DNA of 63,408 nt, filler included. It is 5 parts of 5 records of this genome, joined end to end, with 100 filler letters (N's around TTAATTAATTAA, not from the genome) between each part and the next. Parts side by side here need not be neighbours in the genome. Positions count along the whole stretch, not along the records: positions 1 to 26,648 come from SRR31156797_9401; positions 26,749 to 34,904 come from SRR31156797_9426; 3 more parts are not named here. One strand, written 5' to 3'. The position numbers and the translations under genes are program-made. Positions 19,813-28,195 of this stretch are shown in pieces. A model generated the notes under the pieces. It saw nothing but the letters and a program-made list of their open reading frames with translations, searched no databases and was not told the origin of the DNA. Within the stretch, counting starts at the first letter, position 1; the number at the start of each line of letters is the position of its first letter.

Positions 19813-20448
19813 CTATAATATATTGGTTAACGTATTGAATGCGTTTTTCAAATGATTCTGCATGGCGGCATAACTCAGGTCCTCATCTCTTTGTCTCAGA
19901 GCGCGCACGATTTTGAGGTGTTCCTCGATCGCTTCCTTTCGCCTGAAGCTGTAACTGAATAACCGGATGATATCTAATTTTGTGTAAATATTGTCGAGGA
20001 TATCCTTGAGAACTTTGTTGCCTGAACTTTCGATGATGAAAAAATGGAATTTTCTGCCCAGATCCACAAAATCACCTTTCCTTTTTCCCTGCCTGAAGGC
20101 CTCAAACAGTTCTTCAAACTCCTCGAGACGACCCATGTCGACCTCCTTTGCCGCAAGCTTTGCGGCAGCAGCCTCAAGAAACATCCGAACTTCAAAGATA
20201 TCCCTAATGTCTTTCAGGGTGGGGATATTAACAAAAGATCCCCTTGTCCCATAGGTTATGATAATCCCTTCGCTTTCGAGCCTCCTCAATGCCTCGCGGA
20301 TGGGGGTTCTGCTCATACCCAATAGAGAAGCCAGCTTGACCTCGGACAACGGTTCTGAAGGGTCGGTTTTAAACTCCAGGATATGATTTCTGATTTCGAT
20401 GTAAGCCTTTTCAGATTTCGCCTTGTCGGTGTTCTTCATCCTATTCAT
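19813..20448 (-). CDS. GntR family regulator with FCD domain
   Basis: LSEVKLASLLGMSRTPIREALRRLESEG HTH; FH...SGN...EEHLKI...H FCD motif. Confidence 0.9.
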   Translation of the reverse strand: MNRMKNTDKAKSEKAYIEIRNHILEFKTDPSEPLSEVKLASLLGMSRTPIREALRRLESEGIIITYGTRGSFVNIPTLKDIRDIFEVRMFLEAAAAKLAAKEVDMGRLEEFEELFEAFRQGKRKGDFVDLGRKFHFFIIESSGNKVLKDILDNIYTKLDIIRLFSYSFRRKEAIEEHLKIVRALRQRDEDLSYAAMQNHLKNAFNTLTNIL

Positions 20449-20551
20449 CCCATAAACATCTGCGGCGGACGGATAAATCCCGGGCGACCGCCAAACAGAC
20501 CTTGAAAATTAAAAAACCGGTAAGAAAGTCATCTCGCCTCAGCATGCATGC

Positions 20552-20593
20552 CACTTGCATACAAGTGTTATACAAATAATAACAGCCTGTCAA
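20552..20593 (-). promoter_or_regulatory. Promoter and GntR/FCD-type operator upstream of the cluster
   Basis: Near-perfect palindrome CACTTGCATACAAGTG (20552-20567), extra TTATACAA half-site, minus-strand TTGACA at 20588-20593. Confidence 0.6.
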
Positions 20594-20697
20594 GTATTTT
20601 TTTTCGGCTGTGTTTATGGCACATCATCTTTCCAAATCGGCAACACGGGGCGAAGAAGAACATCTCGCATTGTGAAAAGAACACGATGCAGTCACAA

Positions 20698-21093
20698 TCA
20701 TTTTTTCTGCACCAATTCCACCAAGACCCCAAAAGTGCTTTTCGGATGAAGAAACGCCACCGGGTGCCCATGGGCATTGAGGTACGGTTTTTCATTGATG
20801 AGCCTGACGCCCTTTCCTTTCAGCCGGTTCAATTCGGCCTGGATATCATCGACCTCAAAGGCAATATGATGAATTCCCTGCCCCCTTTTTTTGATGAACC
20901 TGGCGATCTGCCCCTCGGGCGTGGTGGACTGGAGGAGTTCGATATGGGCGCCTTCAAAGGGGATAAAGGAGAAAAACAATTCGCCGAAGCTTTCCCGTTC
21001 CGAAACAGACAGGGCAAAGTTTTCCTTGAAAAAGGCTCTCGCCTCTTCGATCTCATCAACGGCTAAACCAATATGGCTGATCTTTTTTATCAT
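20698..21093 (-). CDS. mce: Methylmalonyl-CoA epimerase / VOC family
   Basis: ISHIGLAV, IELLQS, GIHHIAFEVDDI, FLHPKSTFGVLVEL; start uncertain (21093 or 21135). Confidence 0.85.
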   Translation of the reverse strand: MIKKISHIGLAVDEIEEARAFFKENFALSVSERESFGELFFSFIPFEGAHIELLQSTTPEGQIARFIKKRGQGIHHIAFEVDDIQAELNRLKGKGVRLINEKPYLNAHGHPVAFLHPKSTFGVLVELVQKK

Positions 21094-21178
21094 TGTCGAG
21101 TTACCATTTTTTTTCTCCGAGGACGTATCCCGCATTCTCCTTGATTGAATAACCTTCAACAATCCGTTGCGCTGAATG

Positions 21179-21217
21179 AATTAAATATTTAATTACATTT
21201 TCAATATAAGATGTCAA
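21179..21217 (-). promoter_or_regulatory. mce promoter with perfect 16-bp palindrome
   Basis: AATTAAATATTTAATT at 21179-21194; minus-strand TTGACA at 21212-21217. Confidence 0.55.
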
Positions 21218-21329
21218 GGAAAAACCTCTACACCGGACATTCTTTTATTAAAATCGAGCTAGAAATATTTTTTTACTACATATCAGTTCTTTACATCCCA
21301 TAACGAACCCCGCGAGTGCATGTTTTCCC

Positions 21330-21365
21330 TTGACATGCATTATTTATTGAATTAAATATTGGGTT
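21330..21365 (+). promoter_or_regulatory. caiB promoter with related operator-like site
   Basis: TTGACA 21330-21335, then ATTGAATTAAATATT. Confidence 0.55.
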
Positions 21366-21477
21366 ATATCTTAAAAGGAACTGACGTTCAGAAACATGAA
21401 ATCGAGGATTTTCCGTAAAGTGCCATGAAAAATGCGTCAACCATTATCTTATCAACTATTTCGCCCGGAGGTGTCCC

Positions 21478-22665
21478 ATGAAAGTGTTTAAAGATTTAAC
21501 CGTATTGTCCCTGGAACAGGCAACCGTTCTGCCCTATCTGACCTACAGGTTGGCCCACGATGGGATAAAGGTCATCAGGCTGGAGCACCCCGTTTACGGG
21601 GACCCGAACCGTTTTGTCGGCCACAATGTGGTTGGCGAAGAGAGGATGAACGCCTATTATCTCTGCATCAACGCATGCAAGAAAGCCCTGACCCTGAATC
21701 TCGCCGTTCCGGAGGGCCGGGAGATGTTGCGATCACTCATTAGGGAACTGAACGTCGATGTTTTCGCGACCAATCAGTTGCCTAGGAATTACAAAAAATT
21801 AGGGATCGACTACGATACGCTCAAAGCCGTAAAACCCGATATCATATGGTTTGGCGCCACCGGCTTCGGCCCCGACAGCAATGAGCCTGCCTACGATCCC
21901 ATTCTTCAGGCAAGATCGGGCCTCATGGAGGTGACCGGCGAGAAGGAGAGAGATCCCATGGTATTGGGGATCCCGCTTCCCGATATGGGCACCAGCGAAC
22001 ATGGTTACGGCCTTCTGATGAAGGCCCTTTACAAGCGTGCGGTTACCGGTGAAGGCGCCTGCATCAATCTGTCCATGTTTGAATCCTCCCTGTCGTGGAT
22101 GACGGTTCCTTTCACGCTCACCAGCCTGGGAAGGCCCATCTCCCGAAGGGGAAATACCCACGAATTTTTCGCACCACTCTCCGTGTATAAAACCAGTGAC
22201 GGATACGTGTATCTGGCTGTGGGAAATGACCGCCAGTGGAAAGCAATGGTCTCCCAGGAGATGTTTACATCTCTGGATAAACCGCTGTATGAAACAAACA
22301 AAGGCCGTATAGAAGACGTACAAAACCTGAATGAAGGCATTGGTGAAATCACAAAGGACCACACTTCAGATGAGCTGATCGGCCTTTTCAATTCGATCAC
22401 CGTACCCATCAGTAAAATCAGCACTGTTCCCGAAGTAATGGCGGATCCCCTGGTAGAGAAAGTAACGCTCTCTTCGGAAGATCCGGTCTCCGGAGTAAAA
22501 ATCACCATGCCCCCATCGCCCCACATGACGCCGTTTTTGGAGGAAATGGACCGTAAACTCCCATTCCCCCCACGCTTCGGGGAACACAACCGCCATATAT
22601 ACGGTAAAGTGCTGGGCTATTCCGATGAAGACATGGATCGCCTGAAGGAAACGAAAATTATTTAG
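21478..22665 (+). CDS. CaiB/BaiF family III CoA-transferase
   Basis: NACKKALTLNL, TGFG, PAYDPILQARSGLM, catalytic Asp in PLPDMG, PPRFGEH; GGAGG RBS. Confidence 0.85.
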   Translation: MKVFKDLTVLSLEQATVLPYLTYRLAHDGIKVIRLEHPVYGDPNRFVGHNVVGEERMNAYYLCINACKKALTLNLAVPEGREMLRSLIRELNVDVFATNQLPRNYKKLGIDYDTLKAVKPDIIWFGATGFGPDSNEPAYDPILQARSGLMEVTGEKERDPMVLGIPLPDMGTSEHGYGLLMKALYKRAVTGEGACINLSMFESSLSWMTVPFTLTSLGRPISRRGNTHEFFAPLSVYKTSDGYVYLAVGNDRQWKAMVSQEMFTSLDKPLYETNKGRIEDVQNLNEGIGEITKDHTSDELIGLFNSITVPISKISTVPEVMADPLVEKVTLSSEDPVSGVKITMPPSPHMTPFLEEMDRKLPFPPRFGEHNRHIYGKVLGYSDEDMDRLKETKII

Positions 22666-22689
22666 GGCCGAAAGGGTTTTACAAACTGA

Positions 22690-22730
22690 AAATGCGGAAG
22701 GCCTCCCGGTTATGGAGGCGTTCCGCATTT
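22690..22730. terminator. Probable bidirectional terminator between convergent caiB and Mo-subunit genes
   Basis: AAATGCGGAAGGCCTCC...GGAGGCGTTCCGCATTT stem-loop with T/A flanks. Confidence 0.7.
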
Positions 22731-22758
22731 CTTTTGGACTCTGTAATTTGAAAAGGCC

Positions 22759-25152
22759 CTACTTCTCTGCCTTCTCCTTCAAGGCCGCCAGAACCTTTTC
22801 CGGAGTGATCGGAAGACTCTTGATCCTGACGCCGATGGCATCGTACACGGCGTTCCCGATGGCCGGCGCCGTGGGAACAAGCCCGGGCTCGCCCACGCCC
22901 TTGGCACCGAAAGGCCCCTCCTTGTCGTTTGTTTCAATAAGTTCAACGTGAATGGGAAAATCCAGATCCGCGGCCGAAAATATTTTATAATCCAGATAAT
23001 TTGGATTCATGCTTTTGCCCTGTTCCGTTTTGCACGCTTCAGACAGCGCGTAGCCGAAGCCCATGACCGAGGCGCCGTAGAACTGCCCCATTAAGGTCTG
23101 CTTGTTAATGGTTCTCCCCACATCATTGGCTGAAACAAAATTGACGATCTTCACTTCTCCCGTTTCCAGGTCAACTTCCACTTCAACGCCCTGCGTCCCC
23201 CAGGTATATGCGGCGGAGAGGTTCCCCTTGCCGGTTTTCGGGTCCAGCATGTCATTGTTGCAATCATAGAAGGCCTCGCTCACAACCATGGCGCCCTGCT
23301 TCTTGAAATGAGCGGCTCTCAGCAATTCCCCCAAGGAAATGCGAAGCAAGGGGTTTTCAGGCTCTTCTTTGAGGAAGAGGCTATTTTCCCTTAAATCAAA
23401 TTCCGCGGGATCAAGGGGGGAATCAAAATCCAAATCGGGAATTTCGAAATCAGGATCCTTTTTTTTGCGCTTTTTCAGGTTTGTCTTTACTCTCGGCATG
23501 AAGTGATCCGCCGCCAGCTCGAAAATCTGTTTCCTCGCCTTGTCCGCCGCCACGATGGCGGCATTGCAGGAAGTAAAGGCGCCGCGGCTGGCGTGGGTGC
23601 CCACGTCCCAGGGGCAGGTCGCCGTATCGCCGAAGACAACAGAGACCTTGTCCGGGGTCACCCCCAAGGCTTCCGCGGTGGTCACCGCAAGGGCTGAATT
23701 GAATCCCTGACCGATCTCGATGCCGCCCGTGGCCACGGAGACATTTCCGAAATCGTCCAGCTTCATGATGATGCCCGTGCCGTCCGACCGGTATATCCGC
23801 GTGCCCCCTCCGGGATGGAACAGGGAAGCCATTCCAACGCCCCGGGCTTTATCTCTCTGTTTTCCCCGTTTCCTTTTCCAGTCCAGCTTGTGGGCCGCCG
23901 CATCCAGACACTCTTTAAGCCCGCAGGAGGTGATTTTAAACCCGAAGGACTCCGTATCGGGCTTATTGCTGTTTATGACCCTGAAATCATAGGGATCAAT
24001 GCCGGCAGCCTCGGCCAGTTGATCCATGCTGTTTTCCACGAAAAAAGTGGCTTGCGGATTGCCGTAGCCCCTCATGGCCTGGCAGTAAGTGTTATTGGTG
24101 TATACGATCTTGGCTTCATAGAAAAGATTGGGAACCACATAGAGGCTGGACATGGGCATGAGCATCACCGTGGGGGTAGTGGCGCCCCAGGAGATATATG
24201 CCCCGTTGTCCAAGAGCATATTGACCTCTCTGAAAGTGAGTTTCCCCTCCCTGTCGCACCCCTGGGCAATGTGCGCCTTGCTCGGTTGACGGGGTGAGGT
24301 GTAAGAAAACTCCTCCACGCGGTTCAGCAGAATTTTGACGGGCCTGCCGCTCTTGTAGGCCAGCAGTATGGCGATGTATTCATACCCATGGGTATCGAGA
24401 CCTGAACCAAAAGCGCCGCCCACATAGGGAACGATGACCCTTGAATTCTTCCCTTTCAGACCCATGGCCGCCAGGGCCTGGTTAAAATCGCTCTGCGCCA
24501 GATATGGGATCTGGGTCTTTGCATGGATGATCAGGTTGCTCTGAAGATCGAATTCGGCAATACAGCCGGCCGTCCCCATACACGACTGCTGCACAGCCAC
24601 GGTTTCGAAATCATCTTCAACAACAAAGGCCGATTCCGTTTTGGCCTTTTCCACATCCCCCTCCGACCATTTCCATGGGAGTTGTATCAGATTGCTCTTT
24701 CTGGGTTTGCCCCTCGGTTCCACTTCGTGAACCAGGGGCGCGCCCTCTTTAAGGGCGTCTTCCGGGGTAAACACGCCGGGAAGCGCCTCATATTCCACCT
24801 CGATAAGATCCACCGCCTCCTGAGCTATTTCAGGGTCTATGGCCGCAACCGCCGCCACTTCATCGCGAAACTGCCGAACCTTATCCTTTTTCAAGGCAAA
24901 ATTGTCCTTCATGAAACCGAACCGGACCTCCGGTGTATTGTACCCCGTGACCACGGCCCGGACGCCTTGAAGTCTCTCGGCCTTGGAAGTGTCTATATGT
25001 TTTATCCTGGCGTGTGCGTGTTCGCTGTATTTGATTTTTCCATAAAGCATCCCCGGCCTGGTCAGGTCGTGAATAAAATGGGCTTTTCCCGCCGCCTTAT
25101 CGGGAGCGTCAGGCCTTGGAATCTCCCTCCCGACGAAATTATAATCTGTCAT
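22759..25152 (-). CDS. Xanthine dehydrogenase family molybdopterin-binding subunit
   Basis: VGGAFG, AMRGYGNPQ, THASR, GAKGVGEPG, GVRIKSLPITPEKVL. Confidence 0.9.
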   Translation of the reverse strand: MTDYNFVGREIPRPDAPDKAAGKAHFIHDLTRPGMLYGKIKYSEHAHARIKHIDTSKAERLQGVRAVVTGYNTPEVRFGFMKDNFALKKDKVRQFRDEVAAVAAIDPEIAQEAVDLIEVEYEALPGVFTPEDALKEGAPLVHEVEPRGKPRKSNLIQLPWKWSEGDVEKAKTESAFVVEDDFETVAVQQSCMGTAGCIAEFDLQSNLIIHAKTQIPYLAQSDFNQALAAMGLKGKNSRVIVPYVGGAFGSGLDTHGYEYIAILLAYKSGRPVKILLNRVEEFSYTSPRQPSKAHIAQGCDREGKLTFREVNMLLDNGAYISWGATTPTVMLMPMSSLYVVPNLFYEAKIVYTNNTYCQAMRGYGNPQATFFVENSMDQLAEAAGIDPYDFRVINSNKPDTESFGFKITSCGLKECLDAAAHKLDWKRKRGKQRDKARGVGMASLFHPGGGTRIYRSDGTGIIMKLDDFGNVSVATGGIEIGQGFNSALAVTTAEALGVTPDKVSVVFGDTATCPWDVGTHASRGAFTSCNAAIVAADKARKQIFELAADHFMPRVKTNLKKRKKKDPDFEIPDLDFDSPLDPAEFDLRENSLFLKEEPENPLLRISLGELLRAAHFKKQGAMVVSEAFYDCNNDMLDPKTGKGNLSAAYTWGTQGVEVEVDLETGEVKIVNFVSANDVGRTINKQTLMGQFYGASVMGFGYALSEACKTEQGKSMNPNYLDYKIFSAADLDFPIHVELIETNDKEGPFGAKGVGEPGLVPTAPAIGNAVYDAIGVRIKSLPITPEKVLAALKEKAEK

Positions 25153-25237
25153 CTGATCCCCCTTGGAAACATTTTAATGGTCGTCCATCTTCTCTTGTTC
25201 AACCGGTTTTCCGGACCTTTTCTTACCCTGTTGCGCG

Positions 25238-25723
25238 TCATTGTCGGCCTTGATTTGACAACCCTGCGGCAGCGTCTTTTATGGAATCAATGATTTGCAC
25301 ATATCCGGTGCAGCGGCACAGGTTTCCCGAAATGCCCCGCTTTATCTCTTTATCACCGGGATTCGGATTCTCGTCCAAGAGCGCTTTGGCCGACATAATC
25401 ATCCCGGGAGAGCAAAAGCCGCACTGTATTCCTCCTTTTTCCACAAAGGCCTCTTGAATCGGATGGAGTTTGCCCCCTTCTCCAACAAGCCCCTCGATGG
25501 TTGTTACGGATTTTCCCTCAACCTCAAAAACCGGATACAGGCAGGAGTTTACGCCAATGCCGTCGATCAGCACCGTACATGCCCCGCATTCCCCCTGACC
25601 GCATGCCTCCTTCGTTCCGGTCATCTCGAAGGCATCCCTAAGTACCTCCAGCAGCATTTTGTGGGATTCCACCTCGGCAGAAACCGCGTTGCCGTTTAAG
25701 GTAAACTGGATAACCTTTTTCAT
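25238..25723 (-). CDS. Xanthine dehydrogenase family 2x[2Fe-2S] subunit
   Basis: CGQGECGACTV...SC; QCGFCSPG; NLCRCTGY. Confidence 0.92.
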   Translation of the reverse strand: MKKVIQFTLNGNAVSAEVESHKMLLEVLRDAFEMTGTKEACGQGECGACTVLIDGIGVNSCLYPVFEVEGKSVTTIEGLVGEGGKLHPIQEAFVEKGGIQCGFCSPGMIMSAKALLDENPNPGDKEIKRGISGNLCRCTGYVQIIDSIKDAAAGLSNQGRQ

Positions 25724-25805
25724 TCCATTCTCCTCCTTTGTCGCACGCTTTCGTCTTCACATATCCGGCATCTGCGTAGCACCGGATTCACAGGGCATTT
25801 TCCAC

Positions 25806-26648
25806 TCACCATGGGCAAACGTCTTCATGAACCGCTTTGACGGCCCGTTTAATGAGCACCCCCGACATGACCCTTCTGTATTCTTCTGTTGAGCGCACAT
25901 CCGTTATGGGACTCACGGCATGCTCAACCATCGCTCCTAGGCGATCGAGAAGTTCCGGGGTTATCTCCTGACCTTCAACCATGGCTTCCATATCCGTCAG
26001 TCTCAGGGGAACCGGCGCCACAGACCCCACGGCCAAACGACATTTACGGCACACTTTCCCTTCCATAACCAGGAGGGCCGCGGCATTGACGATGGCGATA
26101 TCCTGTGAAACACGCCCTTTTTTCAAGAAAACCGTACCGGACCCGGGCGCCGGTTTAGGGACTCTGATCCGGGTTAAGACTTCTGTCCCGTCCATACAAG
26201 TCCGGCCCGGCCCTGTAAAGAAATCGGCAATGGACACCTCTCTCTTTCCACCGGGCCCCTCAAGGGTCAAAATTGCTTCCAGAACCATCAATGGGGGTGC
26301 GCAATCGGCCGAAGGTGCCCCATTTGAGAGGTTGCCGCCCACTGTTGCCACATTTCTGACCTGGGGGTTGGCAAGAATCGATACGGCCTGCATCAGAGAA
26401 GGATAATCCCTTGAAATGGCGGAATTCCGCTCAATATCCCTGAAGAGGGCCATGCTTCCCAGGGTTAGATCTCCATTCAGGGCAATGCCCTCCAATGATT
26501 CTATCCTCCTGAGGGATATGAGGGCATCTGCCTGCTCAACACCCTGTTTGATACGCCAGATGATATCCGTTCCGCCGGCAATATACCTGGCGTTCCCTTT
26601 TTGTTTCTCCATCAACCCATACGCTTCTTCAAGGGTTTCCGGTTGATA
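25806..26648 (-). CDS. Xanthine dehydrogenase family FAD subunit (5' truncated by contig end)
   Basis: PETLEEA, IAGGTD, QVRNVATVGGNL, PITDVRSTEEYR; no HcrB-type 4Fe-4S insert. Confidence 0.88.
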   Translation of the reverse strand, partial: YQPETLEEAYGLMEKQKGNARYIAGGTDIIWRIKQGVEQADALISLRRIESLEGIALNGDLTLGSMALFRDIERNSAISRDYPSLMQAVSILANPQVRNVATVGGNLSNGAPSADCAPPLMVLEAILTLEGPGGKREVSIADFFTGPGRTCMDGTEVLTRIRVPKPAPGSGTVFLKKGRVSQDIAIVNAAALLVMEGKVCRKCRLAVGSVAPVPLRLTDMEAMVEGQEITPELLDRLGAMVEHAVSPITDVRSTEEYRRVMSGVLIKRAVKAVHEDVCPW

Positions 26649-26748
26649 NNNNNNNNNNNNNNNNNNNNNNNNNNNNNNNNNNNNNNNNNNNNTTAATTAA
26701 TTAANNNNNNNNNNNNNNNNNNNNNNNNNNNNNNNNNNNNNNNNNNNN
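26649..26748. other. Artificial contig linker
   Basis: N44-TTAATTAATTAA-N44, stops in all six frames; base composition changes across it. Confidence 0.98.
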
Positions 26749-28107
26749 TGTCATTTGAAAACCACCATCGCCAATTACTGCAACAACTGTGCGATCTTTC
26801 GCTCCCAGTTGAGCACCCATACTTGCCGGCAGTCCAAATCCCATGGTTCCCAAACCGCCTGATGTAACCACACTTTTCGAGTGTTTAAATTTGAAATATC
26901 GGTTGGCAATCATTTGGTGCTGACCAACATCGGTAACCAAAACGGCTTCGTGGTTTGTTTTTTCCGAAGTAATACGAATTACTTCGCCCATTGTAAGGCC
27001 TGGTTTCTCGGGATATAAATCTTTATGAATAATTTTTTCGTTTTCAATTGTATCACATTTTTTAAAACGTTTCAACCATTCTTCATGGCTGTTTTTCTTC
27101 ACGTTTTCAGTAAGCATTTTTAGCGATTTCTTAGAATTCCCCAAAACGGCAACATCGGCATGAACAATTTTATTTATTTCTGCGGGATCGATTTCGAGGT
27201 GAACTATTTTTGCATTGTTTGCATATTCACTCACTTTCCCTGTCACACGGTCGTCGAAACGCATTCCAACTGCAATAATAACGTCGGCTTCATTGGTTAA
27301 CAAGTTTGGTCCGTAATTTCCGTGCATACCTAACATTCCCACATTCAATTCGTGTTCTGAAGGAAGCGCTGAAAGTCCGAGTAAAGTCCAGGCTGCCGGA
27401 ATTCCGGTTTTTTCAATAAATGCTTTTAATTCTTCTTCGGCATTACCAATAATAACCCCTTGTCCACAAAGTAGCATTGGGCGTTTAGCATTATCAATAA
27501 CTTCGGCAGCTTCTTTTATTTTGAATGGATCAACAGGCATTTCCGGAACATAACTTCTGATTTTAGAACATTTTTTATAGTCGAAGTCAAGTTCGCCAAA
27601 CTGTGCATCCTTTGTAACATCAATAAGAACGGGTCCGGGGCGCCCGGTTTGTGCTATATAAAAAGCCTGTGCAATGGCTTCGGGGATTTCTTCCGGAGAA
27701 GTTACCTGGTAGTTCCATTTTGTTACAGGCATTGAAATGCCAACTACATCCGATTCCTGAAAAGCATCGGTTCCCAACAATGGTGAAGCTACCTGCCCTG
27801 TAATACATACCAGTGGAGTAGAATCTATCATTGCATCGGCAATTCCGGTAATGAGGTTTGTAGCTCCCGGGCCGGAAGTTGCAAAACAAACGCCGGCTTT
27901 TCCAGTGACGCGTGCGTATCCTTCGGCAGCGTGGACAGCTCCCTGCTCATGACGGGTTAGAATATGCTTAACTTCTTTGTCGTAATCATACAACGCATCA
28001 TAGATGGGCATTATCGCTCCACCCGGATAACCAAAAATGGTATCCACTCCTTCCTCCAATAACGAAAGAATTACTGCCTGCGAACCGGTAACTTTTTTTG
28101 TTGTCAT
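26749..28107 (-). CDS. ilvB: Acetolactate synthase large subunit (3' truncated)
   Basis: FGYPGGAIMP, RHEQGAVHAAEGYAR, TSGPGATN, GMHG, DVGQHQM, GDGGFQM. Confidence 0.95.
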
Positions 28108-28195
28108 TTCCTTTGTTTTTGTTGTGAGCTGCGAAACAATAGCTTCGAGCTTATTTTATTGTCTGTTAATTATTCTTTTATAATCTGTTCTCAAA

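Noticed and set aside
25770-25808. Selenocysteine read-through at the FAD-subunit TGA (..VCPW-TGA, second TGA, then an ATCCGG..CCGGAT hairpin)
   Set aside because: The FAD subunit is already complete at this point, the extension resembles nothing I recognise, and the hairpin is not a convincing SECIS
391-26646. Many long antisense or overlapping ORFs in contig 1 (e.g. 8207-9007, 13369-13980, 24523-25293)
   Set aside because: Shadows of real genes in GC-rich sequence; no recognisable motifs
22759-26648. 4-hydroxybenzoyl-CoA reductase (hcrCAB) or CO dehydrogenase call
   Set aside because: No 4Fe-4S insert in the FAD subunit, catalytic Glu retained, no AYxCSFR loop
26693-26704. TTAATTAATTAA repeated four times in the window
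   Set aside because: Synthetic all-frame stop spacer inside the N linkers
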